DNA from: Heptranchias perlo
Taxonomy: Eukaryota
NCBI RefSeq assembly: GCF_035084215.1
Contig: NC_090334.1
Location: 73,904,001 to 73,968,000, forward strand
Direction of reading: 5' to 3'
Length of the DNA stretch: 64,000 nt
The notes under the pieces are model-generated. The model had not been told where the DNA came from and did no database searches. It saw only the letters and a list, made by a program, of their open reading frames with translations. The position numbers and the translations under genes are program-made. How positions within the stretch are numbered: position 1 is the stretch's first letter; each line of letters opens with the position of its first letter. Of the stretch, positions 39,801 to 52,700 are shown in pieces.

Positions 39801-41740
39801 CCACCATAAAAAGAAAGGGTTTCTTTTTCTTTTAACAGCGTGAGTGGAGAATAGAAACACAGCTCTTTCCTCCTCTTCATGCATGAGGTTCTTTGGGTAT
39901 TACAGACAAGCAGATTTCAGCAAGATTAAACCAGATAAACAGGATGGCCCCATACCTACATGGAAAGAATCTAACAAGCTGAAGGGGTAGAGATGAGGTG
40001 ATTACGTTTACAGAATGAATAGGATCATTAAGGGTATGCACAACCCAGGAAAAGGTAATTTTAATGGCATTTTTTACTCATTCTCAGCACTTATTTGCCA
40101 GGGATAATATCAACACTACTCCTATTGATGGGCAGAGGTTGTACTGGAGGAGCACTCCTGGGGAAGACACAAATAACCACTTCAGATCACAAGGGGATAC
40201 CATTATCATGTCCATGGATTAAGCTATTGTGCAAGTAGACGTAGGGCATTGCGGGTCAACTATCATTAAAAGTAAGGTGCTCGGATTGCTTATGGGACGC
40301 CTCTGAACGCGAAAAAGAATCTGTTGCAGACCTGAAGCAGTAGCTCTTACATTTGCAAGGTGGGCACTGTGATCCCCAAAGCTGAACACCATTAATACAT
40401 TGGCCTTAGAATAAGTATAATAAAGTGGTTATTGGTTATATATCTGACTGTGTCTTGTTCAATCCTTGATATTGTCAGGTGACCCAAGAGGTAAATGTAA
40501 GGTTTATGTAAGGTGACACAAAAGCCAAATTAGCGTTTAACAAAACAATGGTAAATTACTACCGCTTAGAACTCAGAAGGGGCAGAAGATAAAACACTAG
40601 ACATTTTGGTATCCCTTGTGTTTCCCTCTATAGTCCTCTTTGCTATATTTAGAATATATTCTGTATGCATACAGATTCCTGGACTACAGCAGAGGGAATT
40701 TAAATACCAATTTATCAATCCTGACATTATGCTCAGCATTTAATTAAAGTATTTCAGACAACTAAGAAACCAATATTCATATATAAATACTTATTATTCA
40801 GAGGGCATAAAACTGAACATCCCACTAGATTCGATCATCTTGTACCAGCTGCTCGTTATTTTCATGTCACTTTATCAAAGTCTCCACCCATTAGCAGCAC
40901 ATTTTCTCCTGTAAGGTAACCATTACAGGCTTTTTCAATGCTACTCACCAGCTTCACAAAAATGGGTTGCCATAAATGAACTGCTGCGCTAGATGGTCTG
41001 AATGGCCTTTCATGGATTTTACCCACTTGCATTGTTACAGGGCTCTCTCTATGTTCATTCAGCTCGGTTACACTTGAAAAACAGTAACTGCTCGAAAGCC
41101 AGCTTCTGATTGCAAACTTCACCAAAATGAGTGTTAAATTAGGTAAAGGGACTGGATAGTCAACACACTACTTTCCCTTGAATCCAGGTGGGAGGATTGT
41201 TTTCTGTGTGTTTTAGTGTTAAGGGGCCTCATTGAAAGGAGTTTGGGCAGTCTGAGCGCAGTCCCTACCGGGTGGAAAACTGCTCCTAAAAGATAGGCTG
41301 GCAGAGAATCTCAAAGGCCACAAAGGTGGCAGACGTAGGAAATAGAAATGTCTCAGCCTTACAATTAGGGGTATTCCGAAGCTGGGTATACACCTTGGGG
41401 CTATACTTGTCAGATTGACAAGACACTTGAGTATCCAACATAGAAAGTGTTCCGTTCCCCTGCACTAATATCCTTCACCTCAATTTGCAAAGATTTGGAA
41501 AAACCCACAAACATGGCTGCTGACGGGGAGACCCCTGGAAGCGGCTGCTGATGGGGAGACCCCTCAAAATGGGTATTGGTGGGGAGATCCTTTAGTATTT
41601 TCTCAACACTTTTTCAGGTACATAAAGAGTGAGTAGAAATCTTGTGATATAGACATAGTAAGCTGAAGCATCTCTTGCCTCTGTGGATCTTCCAGCACAA
41701 AACAGCAGCACTAACCAATCCTCAGAAAAAGTTAGTAGAA

Positions 41741-42191
41741 TTATGGAGGCTCTGCCACTTCTTCGTTGACTATTTTCTGTCGTTTATGCTCATTCTCCTC
41801 TTTGGAGGGATCTTGGTGATAAGAGTACGGCTGGGAGTCTGCTATCTTTCCACCGCCTGGCTCAACTGGGAAACTCTGTCCGACTCCCACCACCTGCCTC
41901 ACGGTCATGTTCACCCTGGAGTTCTGCAAGTATTTCGCACAGATTTCCCAGTCACCTTGGTCACTTTGCCGAAAGCTTGCGCCGGCGGAGCAGCTGTCGC
42001 TGGTCGTCATTGGCTCTAAACAGCTGGGGATTGCCCTTCCTTCCAGATTAGGGACAATCCGGGGCACTGCGTGATACAGAAGCCGACTCCTGCCTGACAT
42101 GATCATGATGTCGCCGCTGTGCATGAACATGGGAAGGGGAGGGTCCTGCCTCTTCTGGCCTCCAAGTAAAAACACAGCTGATTGGCCAAAA
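41741..42191 (-). CDS. ALKBH1: ALKBH1 last coding exon (6) with TAA stop
   Basis: tctctag|T TTT GGC CAA TCA. Translates to [11 protein letters not shown]...[25 protein letters not shown]...RVNMTVRQV...EPP*. Contains the distal His ligand and the RxxxxxR 2-oxoglutarate-binding motif of AlkB dioxygenases. Confidence 0.97.
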
Positions 42192-42379
42192 CTAGAGAGA
42201 GAAAGGAGAGAAAAAAGAAAACTTGAGATTAGTGATTTGAATTTTCTTCATCCAGCCAATTTTCTCCCCTTCCCTCCTCCTGAAGCATTAGCTCAATGCT
42301 GGTGTGATTTCACGGGTGCTGATCATCCTTTGGTACTTCATCCACAAAACTATTCTTCAAATACAATCTCTTCAATACA

Positions 42380-42533
42380 ATTTGAAAGACGACACCTCCG
42401 ACAGTGCAGTGCTCCCTTGGTACTGCACTGAAGCGTCAGCCTAGATTATGCGCTCAAGTCTCTGGAGTGGGACTTGAACCCACAATCTTCTGACTCAGAT
42501 GCGAGAGTGCTACCACTGAGCCACAGCTGACAC
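42380..42533 (-). mobile_element. SacSINE1-like SINE 5' part
   Basis: tRNA-like head in reverse orientation. Confidence 0.78.
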
Positions 42534-42540
42534 CTATTGT

Positions 42541-42755
42541 TGTGGAGATGCCGGTGATGGACTGGGGTTGACAATTGTAAACAATTTTACAACACCAAGT
42601 TATAGTCCAACAAATTTATTTTAAATTCCACAAGCTTTCGGAGGCTTCCTCCTTCGTCAGGTGAACGGTGTGGACCTGACCTTTTACACACCGTTCACCT
42701 GACGAAGGAGGAAGCCTCCGAAAGCTTGTGGAATTTAAAATAAATTTGTTGAACT
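42541..42755 (-). mobile_element. Short hairpin Penelope derivative with hammerhead motifs at 42694-42732 (+) and 42627-42665 (-)
   Basis: Reverse-oriented tail (tgtggagatgccggtgatggactggggttgacaat) and CTGACGA core. TSD tgacacctattgt at 42528-42540 and 42756-42768. Sits at the 5' end of a SINE in ALKBH1 intron 5. Confidence 0.88.
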
Positions 42756-43694
42756 TGACACCTATTGTGGTCTTGAAATAAAAATATTTATATACCATAA
42801 CTTTTCCACACTTACTGTCACGTAACACTGAAAAATTGGCCCAAGACTTCGGACTTTCATTTTGCATTCGGGATAGTAATATGTTTTTGACTGTATTAAG
42901 CAGTTTGGCTTCTCACTTTGATGAAATGAAACGTCTGTATCATTCTTTGGTCATATATTTCATAAGTATGACTGAACATTAGAATCTGAGAGACCGATGA
43001 CACAAAATGTTGGAGCAGCAACGCCGTAGTGGGATTTAGACTTGCACCCCTGATCTTCCCCTGCCCAAATCACCTCTCAGGAGGGCTACCACCTGAGCTA
43101 CACTCACTGCCTAGTGAGAAATTTCAGAGTGGTATTGCCAGAGGCTTAGGATTAGGTCAGCCATTGCTCCCTCGGGGAGAAAAATGGAAGTTAAAAAAAA
43201 CCTTTGAGTTTTAGAAATAAAAGGTCAGTGTTCTGCAAAATTGGTAGAATTCAATTACTTTCATTCATCTTCTCAATGTTTACTCACTCCCAACCTCCAC
43301 CCAGCACTTCCCTCCAGTCTATAGAGTCGGTCAATCAAGGCATATACCTCTACGTGTCACTGACATTGCTGAGAAAAAGATTAAACTGTTAATACAACTG
43401 AAGTTACAGTTACTGAAGCAAAACCTTTCTCCCTCCAGATGCCAAGTGTGCTTAGGTTGAGATGTGGAGTAAAGGCACCTAGAGTTTGAACAACAGTTCC
43501 TTTCCTCACCACCCCCGCACCCCCCTCCCCCCACCAAAGTCCTTGGTGTAATCACTTCAGATGGAGAGGAAGCTGAAGTGTTGAAATTTCTGGTACTCAA
43601 GGCCGTTTCCTTGAAGCACAGCACAAAAGGAACAACTTATCCAGTAAACAACAAGGGCACTTTTTGCTTAAACCATTAATAAAACAGAACCACT

Positions 43695-44005
43695 AGAATC
43701 ATAGAATAATACAGCACAGGAGGTGGCCATTCGGCCCATCGTGCCTGTGCCGGCTCTTTGGAAGAGCTATTCAATTAGACCCACTCCCCCGTCCTTTCCC
43801 CATAGCCCTGCAAATTTTGCCCCTTCAAGTATTTATCCAATTCCCTTTTGAAAAAGTTACCATTGAATCCGCTTCCACCACCCCTTCAGGCAGTGCATTC
43901 CAGATCATAACAACTCGCTGCCTAAAAAAAATTCTCCACTGGCTCTTTTGCCAATTACCTTAAATCTGTGTCCTCTGGTTATGGACCCTTCTGCCACTGG
44001 AAACA
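43695..44005 (-). mobile_element. CR1 LINE 3' fragment
   Basis: tagaatcatagaa tail plus reverse 3'UTR. Confidence 0.82.
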
Positions 44006-44101
44006 CCATTGAACACTACCCGACCCAGACCGTGATGATCAGTAAAGACATTCATTAAAGGAACTACTCTTTGATCCCTGAAATAAAGCCATGTTGTTCA
44101 C

Positions 44102-44295
44102 CTGAATGATAAAAGAGGTTTGGAGTAGTCCATCTCAGATTCATCCACATGAATACCTAGTGAGGAGTCAAAATGGTAATAATTCAATATCCCAGCTTCT
44201 GCCTTAAACTGCTGGAAGCCACATGCTGCTGCCACTTGTTCAGACAGGTAAGCGAGGTCTATGGGAAATGTTGTATAGTGATCAGGTGAATACTT
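44102..44295 (-). CDS. ALKBH1: ALKBH1 coding exon 5 (194 bp), carries the HxD iron ligands
   Basis: tttgcag|AAG TAT TCA...TTC AG|gtgaac. Translates to [65 protein letters not shown] (overlaps ORF 44098..44355). Confidence 0.97.
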
Positions 44296-44454
44296 CTGCA
44301 AACAAAAAGCACAAAAAAAACAGCCAATTACACCCATAACGAATGCCACCTTCAAGAGCTGAAAGATAGAATCATTAAAGGTTTCATATTAAATTAATAC
44401 ATAAACTCTCACATGTTCATTACAAGTTTCGCTATTTCTTAATTTGCTCTCAGG

Positions 44455-47085
44455 ATTTGCGTGACGTTTGAAGGGCATTTTTAATGGCTGAGAAGGCAGT
44501 GGTGTGTCACCTCCTTGAACCACTGCAGTCGTTAGAAGCATTGAATTGTACAGTATAGGAGGTAATTCGGCCCATTGTGCCTGTGCCAGCTCTTTGAAAG
44601 CGCCATCGAATTAGTCCCATTTCCCTGCTCTTTCCCCATAGTCCTGCAAATTTTTCTTTTTCAAGTATATATCCAATTCCCTTTTGGAAGTTACTATTGA
44701 ATTGTTGTGTCATGGTACAAGATTGGGAATTCTAGGCTATTGGCCCAGCAATGATGAAGGAATGGCGATATATGTCCAAGTCACGATGTTGTGTGACTTG
44801 AAGGTGATGGTGTTTTCACGAGATTGCTACTGTTTAAGTAACCATGGTGAATTACTGCAGTACGACCTGTAGATAGAACACACTGCAGCCATACTGGATG
44901 TCGATCGCGCAAATTGCACTGTTCTGGACGGTGTCTAGCTTTGAGTGTTGTTATGGCGACTCCCATCAAAATGAGCGGTGAGTATTCCATCATGCTCCTG
45001 ACTGAGCCTTGTAGCTGGTGGAGAGGCTTTGAGTACCTAGCCTACGTCCTGCACTTGTGGCCACAGTATTGATATGATTAATTAATTAATCCTAACTGGA
45101 TCAAAGTAAAGCAACAGTAACGAAGAAAATAATAGCACTAAAGAGTGACAAATCCCTAGGACCAGACGGTTTCCATCCCAGGGTTTTAAAGGAAGTAGGT
45201 GAGCACATTGCGGATGCCCGAACTATAATCTTTCAAAGTTCTCTAGATTCAGGAACTGTCCCTCTAGATTGGAAAATTGCACATGTCACTCTGCTTTTTA
45301 AGAAAGGAGAGAGAGGGAAACCAGGGAATTATAGACCAGTTAGCTTAACATCTGTTGTGGGGAAAATGCTGGTATCTATAATTAAGGATAGGGTGACTGA
45401 ACACCTCGAGAATTTTCAGTTAATCAGAGAGAGCCAGCATGGATTTGTGAAAGGTAGGTCGTGCCTGACAAACCTAATTGAATTTTTTGAAGAGGTGACT
45501 AAAGTAGTGGACAGGGGAATGTCAATGGATGTTATTTATATGGACTTCCAGAAGGCATTTGATAAGGTCCCACATAAGAGACTGTTAGCTAAGATAGAAG
45601 CCCATGGAATCGAGGGAAAAGTACGGACTTGGTTAGGAAGTTGGCTGAGCGAAAGGCGACAGAGAGTAGGGATAATGGGTAGGTACTCACATTGGCAGGA
45701 TGTGACTAGTGGAGTCCCGCAGGGATCTGTCTTGGGGCCTCAATTATTCACAATATTTATTAACGACTTAGATGAAGGCATAGAAAGTCTCATATCTAAG
45801 TTTGCCGATGACACAAAGATTGGTGGCATTGCAAGCAGTGTAGATGAAAACATAAAATTACAAAGGGATATTGATAGATTCGGTGAATGGGCAAAACTGC
45901 GGCAAATGGAATTCAATGTAGACAAATGTGAGGTTATCCACTTTGGATCAAAAAAGGATAGAACAGGGTACTTTCTAAATGGTAAAAAGTTAAAAACTGT
46001 GGATGTCCAAAGGGACTTAGGGGTTCAGGTACATAGATCATTGAAGTGTCATGAACAGGTGCAGAAAATAATCAATAAGGCTAATGGAATGCTGGCCTTT
46101 ATATCTAGAGGACTGGAGTACAAGGGGGCAGAAGTTATGCTGCAGCTATACAAAACCCTGGTTAGACCGCACTTGGAGTACTGTGAGCAGTTATGGGCAC
46201 CGCACCTTCGGAAAGACATATTGGCCTTGGAGGGAGTGCAGCGTAGGTTTACTACAATGATACCCGGAATTCAAGGGTTAAGTTACGAGGAGAGATTACA
46301 CAAATTGGGGTTGTATTCTCTGGAGTTTCGAAGGTTAAGGGGTGATCTGATCGGAGTTTATAAGATATTAAGGGGAACAGATAGGGTGGATAGAGAGAAC
46401 CTATTTCCGCTGGTTGGGGATTCTAGGAGTAGGTGGCACAGTCTAAAAATTAGAGCCAGACCTTTCAGGAGTGAGATTAGAAAACATTTCTACACACAAA
46501 GGGTGGTGGATGTTTGGAACTCTCTTCCGCAAACGGCAATTGATACTAGCTCAATTGCTAAATTTAAATCTGAGATAGATAGCTTTTTGGCAATCAAAGA
46601 TATTAAAGGATATGGGCTAAAGGCAGGTATATGGAGTTAGATCACAGATCAGCCATGATCTTATCAAATGGCGGAGCAGGCACGAGGGGCTGAATGGCCT
46701 ACTCCTGTTCCTATGTTCCTATGATTCTGGTCAATGGTGATCACCAAGATGTTGATGGTGGGAGAACTGGCAAAGGTGATCCTGTTGAAGGTCAGGGGGA
46801 GCTGGCTGTGGTTTTCTTTTGATGAAGATGGTCATTGCCTAGCCTATGTGGTACGAATGTTACCTGCCATTTGCCAGCCCAAGCCTGGATGTTGTCCAGA
46901 TCCTGCTGTAGGTTGGCATGGGCTGCTTCATTATTGGAGGAATTTTGAATGGAGCTGAACACTTTGGAATAGTCAGCAAACAACTCCACTCCTGATCTTA
47001 TGACCGGGGAGAGGGAAGGTTATTAAACGAAGCAGCAGAAGGTAGTTGGGGCGAGAACGCTTCCCTGAAGAACTCCCGTAGCAAT
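44455..47085 (-). mobile_element. Degraded Zenon-like CR1-clade LINE split by CR1 insertions (~44532-44703 and ~45085-46725)
   Basis: MMEYSPLILMG and ELFADYSKVFSSIQNSSNNEAAHANLQQDLDNIQAWAGKWQVTF are homologous to the 56950-59360 family. Confidence 0.7.
45085..46725 (+). mobile_element. CR1 LINE, 5'-truncated, with an uninterrupted 427-aa RT ORF (45357..46640)
   Basis: Complete RT motifs through the C-terminus; tcctatgt tail. Confidence 0.95.
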
Positions 47086-47433
47086 ACAGAAATCAATAAT
47101 AGCTTGTTAACTTCGTAGTATTTTTACAATCTTTGGCGTGATTATGAGCACACTTTGAAAGATGCAAAGTGAATTATCTGCTGGACTATTCATAGTTATC
47201 AGCTGTATCCCATTTACCATTGGTAGAGAGAGGTAGGGAAAATAGCTCTTCCAAGATAATGAAGGAAACTGAATGTAGGTAGGAGAGGTGTTCTGTACAA
47301 ATGAGAACACGAGAACCACAGGACCTTTTAGTGCTGCATAACTCTTCAGCAAATGTCGGCTACATTATTTGATCGTTTCAAAATGAAAAAATATCTACAT
47401 TTGGGCTGTCCTGATGTTTCATTTGGTTAATTT

Positions 47434-47498
47434 AAAGCTTGTGAATTTAAAATAAAATTGCTGGACTATAACTTGGTGTTGTAAAATTGTTTACAATT
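47434..47498 (+). mobile_element. Fragment of the same Penelope terminus
   Basis: aaagcttgtgaatttaaaataaaattgctggactataacttggtgttgtaaaattgtttacaat. Confidence 0.75.
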
Positions 47499-47609
47499 TT
47501 TCATTTGGTTAAGACAGTGAGCAGCTGAGCCATGTGGATCAAGGTGGGGGGTCCCAGGTTTGACTCTCTGGTCTGTAATGAGCTTGTTGACCTCAGCTGG
47601 GTTGGTTAG

Positions 47610-48991
47610 TGTAAGCATCGGCGCAGGCCCCAGGGATTTACAAACAGACATTTTGTGGACTTTAGTGTTTTAAGATTTTTCTGCTGAAAAAAACAGCAGC
47701 CTGTTTGAAACGTGGGTGTGGCCCAGGTGTGTGTAATGGACAGGGGATTCCGACCAGACCCCTAAGCCAATTAAGAGAAATGTCTGAGCGGACAGAGTTT
47801 CTCTGGGAACACAATGAGCCAGGAAGGGCAATGCATACGGTAATTGGCAGGAGATGGAGCCACCCATTGTTAATCAATGTTAAACTACTTAACCCAGGAC
47901 CATGTGCGAAGTGAAACCTACTATCAACCATTACCACCATTGCCTATTGTAAACAATTTTACAACACCAAGTTATAGTCCAACAAATTTATTTTAAATTC
48001 CACAAGCTTTCGGAGGCTTCCTCCTTCCTCAGGTGAACGGTGTGGAAATGTGGAACGGTGTGGAGATTTCCACACCGTTCACCTGAGGAAGGAGGAAGCC
48101 TCCGAAAGCTTGTGGAATTTAAAATAAATTTGTTGGACTATAACTTGGTGTTGTAAAATTGTTTACAATTGTCAACCCCAGTCCATCACCGGCATCTCCA
48201 CATCATGGCCACCATTGCCTAGATGAGGTAACCTCGAAGGGCGGGAAGCCAAACAAAGGAGGGCCATCAAAATCCCAGACAGGTTGGAAGCAAAAGGACA
48301 TCACTGTAAGATTACTGACTACACAAAAACAGCACCACAGAAAAAGGAACGTTTCATTTTTATGGCGCGAAGAAGTTTGGAACTTTGGGGGGGATAAGAG
48401 GAGGCAGTTTTGGGACTTTTAGCTCTCTTGTTTCCAAGCCTGCTCTCGTCTTCGCTTGGCCTCACCTTCACAACAAGAACTGAGCACTCCGCCTGGGGTG
48501 GAGAGAAGAAACCACCACGAGAAGCAGAGCCTCGCTCTTCAACTGTCTGGACAAACCTCAAACTAAGACTTGAATACTGCATTGGCGGTACGGAACCAGG
48601 AGACACGTTTTCTACAAGGGGAAGCAGCGAGATAGTCAAGGGACAATCGGGGTGAGCATTGTCCAAGTCCACATCCTTAAGGCCACCAGTATTGTGTGAA
48701 CGGGTGTTGTGTGTTCCCAACCAAGCCATAGGGGTTTAATGGGAAGGTTCTGCGGGTGGGGTATAGCGTATACTCTACTCTGGGTAGTGACGTAGTGTAC
48801 TGTATTGTCTTATGCTACTTTTTTTTTGATATATTGAAGACGGCGGTGTGTGTTAACCTTAATAAACACTGTACGATTGAGTCCGAAAAACTTGTCCGTG
48901 AGTCAATTCTGTTCACCGTAATTCCCGTCGTCTAGAACTGTATGGGGGGGTGGGTGGAGGTGATTCGAACCACCAAGGCAAACTACTTACA
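47610..48991 (+). mobile_element. Probable solo LTR (~1.1 kb net), inserted in an old SINE and carrying a Penelope hairpin
   Basis: Ends TGTAAG...CTTACA, AATAAA at 48861, near-matching 4-bp flanks ttag/gtag. SINE-like sequence on both sides appears to be continuous. Confidence 0.55.
47947..48208 (+). mobile_element. Short hairpin Penelope derivative with hammerhead motifs at 48078-48116 (+) and 47999-48037 (-)
   Basis: Same termini and tail as the 21.8-23.3 kb element, with an internal palindrome. TSD ccaccattgccta at 47934-47946 and 48209-48221. Confidence 0.88.
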
Positions 48992-49634
48992 GTAGGTAGG
49001 TGCTTGTAGCAGTAGGGCTGCTTCAATTGGCCTCAGCACCTTTGGGTTTTTGGAGGGGAGGAAGAGAGTGGGGGAGGAAAAGAAAAGTGACCAAGGTTTC
49101 CCTCCGAATCACTATCCACCTGATCCTGGATCATGATCGGGCTCAGCTGTGAATCCCCTGTAATGGAAGATTCCACTCACACTCATGGTCTCGGTTCAGA
49201 CCGGAAGAACGGTCACTTGGCTGAGTTACAAGAGGACACCCAGCATCTGTGTCTGCTTGGGGGAGGGAGAGGGGAGGGGGGGGGGGAGAAAACAATGGCA
49301 AAGAAAGAGAGGGAGAGAAAAACATCTACAACACATGTAGTGTATGCCTGTGATTTCTGGGATAGGTTGTGAGTTCAGCGGTAGATGCTGAGCAGAGACT
49401 CCATCCCACAGAATGAGGTAGTTTCAAGAAAGCACTAGACCCCTTTAGCTGCTCTTGCACACCTCTGACAAGCTAGTGCGAAGTTGGCAGGAGGCTAGGA
49501 GCAGGTCATCTGCTCGTCCTCCCGACAGGTGTATAGTGCCAAGCCACAGACTGAAATCACAAAATGGAACCTGATAAAAGGAGGGAGTATGCATTTTTCT
49601 TCAAAATGCTTTTTCAGTCAAAGAGCAAAGTTAC

Positions 49635-49725
49635 CTTAGTTTCCCAATTGTAATGATATCCTAGGGTAACCCATCGCAGCTTCTCCAGCAAGCTTTTAGC
49701 CTCTCGTTTACCAGGAGCTTTTAGC
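49635..49725 (-). CDS. ALKBH1: ALKBH1 coding exon 4 (91 bp)
   Basis: ttttctag|G CTA AAA...ACT AAG|gtaact. Translates to [30 protein letters not shown], containing the conserved LRWVTxGYHYNW motif. Confidence 0.96.
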
Positions 49726-52700
49726 CTAGAAAAGAAAGTAAGTTCCATTTAAAAAAATGCACTTTCACTTCCCTTCACCTCCCCCACTTCCAGAAGGTAC
49801 AACTTGACACCTACCATTTAGCCATCTTCATTGCCCCAAATGATGCCTGTTTGGGACTCCACATCACTGAAGTACATCCTGCTTGACTATACCAGTTTTC
49901 AACCCCTTCCTTGCTTATGGGATATGGTGCCCCATATCCATGCAGTACACCATCCAGCAGTTTGGACAAGGATGGATTAGAAACTCACCCAACCAAAGAA
50001 AACAAGTGGGTAGTGATTGGCAGCTCAGGGACTCGAAACACACAACATTGAGAGTGGAGGCTACATGCTCCTCGCATTTGGCATCTTGAAACTGCATGCT
50101 TCTTATTTTTCAGGAATCATACAATACTGGTACTGCTGTTTCTCTGATGTTGGGATAGGCTGCAGGAAGATTTTAAAATTTATAAAGTCTACAAATATTG
50201 CATTTGGTTCAAAGAAAGAAAACCGTGAATTAAGAAATACCCTTTAGCTCTATAAAGTTTGATATTGCGGCTTTAAAACAAGGATTAGTAATTTATTGAT
50301 TTTTAAAAAAAAAGTAAGAGACTGAAACACATGCAAAGAGAGAGAAACCGAGAGAAAGAAAAAAGATAGGAAGAGGAAGAGGCACAACGAGAGATACAAA
50401 GAGAGACGGACAGAGAGAGAGAAATAAAAAGAAGAGATTTTGATTCTGCACTGAAAGATTTGGCGGCGTTCAAATTTAACTATACTTAAATCCACAATAA
50501 GCCCCATGCTGAATTACAACAACAACTTGCATTTATTTAGCGCCTTTAACATAGTAAAACATTCCGAGGTGCTTCTCAGGAGCGTTATCAAACAAAATCT
50601 GACACTGAGCCATATAAGGAGACAGGTGACCAAAAGCTTGGTCAAAGAGGTAGGTTTTAAGGAACGTCTTAAAGGAGGACGGAGAGGTAAAAAGGCGGAG
50701 AGGTGTAGGGAGGAAATTCCAGAGCTTAGGGCCTAGACAGCTGAAGGCACAGCTGCCAATGGTGGAGCAATTAAAGTCGGGGATGCGGAAGAGGCCAGAA
50801 TTGGAGGACTGCAGAGATCGTGGAGGCTGGTAGGGCTGGAGGAGGTTACAGATATAGGGAGGGGCGAGGTCATGGAGGGATTTGAAAACAAGAATGAGAA
50901 TTTGAAACCTTGGCGTAATTCTTCTGTCCTTTCTGACTGACTAAAAGAAGGCACAAAGGAAGGTCAGCTAAAATATATGACAACATTCTGTCTCAATAAG
51001 CAGACAACGGACATTGCTGCTCCATTAGATTTTCTTTCCTTGAGGTCCACATCCATGGAGTTTTGAGGGGGGGGGGGATTGTGGAATGGTTGGCTAATGT
51101 ACTTCTCTACAAATTCAGAGTGCAGCTAACTGGGGAGTCCATTTATAAAAAACATTCGACGTGTACAATACATTAAGATCACTGTGGAATCATTACCAAT
51201 GTGGTAAGCGGCTATCACTGTGTTTTATAGCGCTTGGTATGTAAATGGGACACATTTTAAAATTAGGACTGGATTCTCCATGCATCTCTGCAAAAAAAAA
51301 ATCACTCCAATGCTGGTGTAATTGACAGCCAATGAAATTTAAACTGGCATCAAATAGTTTCAATCAGATGTGTAACTTAATTTGTGGTTTTTAAAACAAA
51401 GTCCATTGTGTCCGTTAGATCCATACAGATTTTATAAATACTCCATACAAGATAATGGAAAGTACTGAAAACCAAGCTAGTGATAGTTATGTAGCAAAAC
51501 AGATCCAAGTGATATAACTACATCAGCCCAACCTATACATCAATTGGTTGCAGCAACACAGGGAGACACGACTGACACAAAAAATGTTTTGTTAGTATCT
51601 TGTGGAGCACAAGGGGGTTCTAGCACAAGACTGGTGAAGCGCCGAGAGCAGGTCAACCCTTTTGACTGCTTATGGTGTGTGGTACAGGTGGGTGGGTAGA
51701 CTTGCTCTCAAAACCTGTCTCCTTTATACACGCTGTTAAAGAAAGATCTCAATACTATGCTTTCTTCCAATAGGAGATTACACAGCTGAATTTACTAGAT
51801 TCTGTTCCTTTGGAGGCCTTGTACTGTACGGTATGTAGTACAATTCGGAATGTGGCGATGCTGGTAGTAATGAGAATCTGGAATATTTACACTGCATGTA
51901 GTTGTTACATAAACTGTACTGCACAGCTAAAATTAGCAAGTTTCAAATATGATATGGGATCAAGGCCTTTATTAGCTGATGGAATAAGAAATCTGAGCGA
52001 GGTAGCAGAAGATACAACAGGGAGCAGTGTGCAAAAAAAAAAGCCTGAATGGCACATTTCTTCTCATCAGTTTTTATAAGCTTTTTAGCCCCAGATGTGA
52101 AGTACATGGCAACTTACTTGAATAGGCAGACAGACACTCTCCAATTGCCAGCTGCTTATTAGCAGTTCAAATATGCAGTTGTATGTCATTCTGAAAAGTT
52201 ACTGAGAGAACCTCCTTTCCCCATAAAAGAGCAGAAAATGCATTCTCCATTGGCAGTAGGAGTTTGGTCATTCTGCTTTAAGTGCTGAAAACTATACATC
52301 TCTACAGTTGCGTCCATTACACTAAAATATTCAAAGGGCTAACGGTGGCTATTAACCCTCTCTCCATTCCTGCTTTTGGAGTCAAAGCACATTTAGGTGC
52401 ATAATAAAAGAGATCCTGATTCGAGTTGTATCTATTATTTAAGGATTAGTCCTGACTACTGCCTGTCTTTCATACTTATGAAAAAAAAGAGAATTTTATA
52501 CCACCTGTGAAATTGAGTTTCTGTACACTGGCATCCTGGATGATATTAAAGAGAATTAGAGATGTATCTATAGAACTCACTAAAGCCAGTTTATTCACAA
52601 GATACTGTGAATGAAAGTAATCTTGTTAGATTTTTTGTTTTAAATTTGGTCCAGACATTGAACGATTCAGCAAAAGTACTAAATGATTCAGAAGCAGGCT

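Noticed and set aside
45357-46640. Intact 427-aa reverse transcriptase as a domesticated gene
   Set aside because: Ordinary 5'-truncated young CR1 with its 3'UTR tail. It has no endonuclease or promoter, and similar copies occur in the window.
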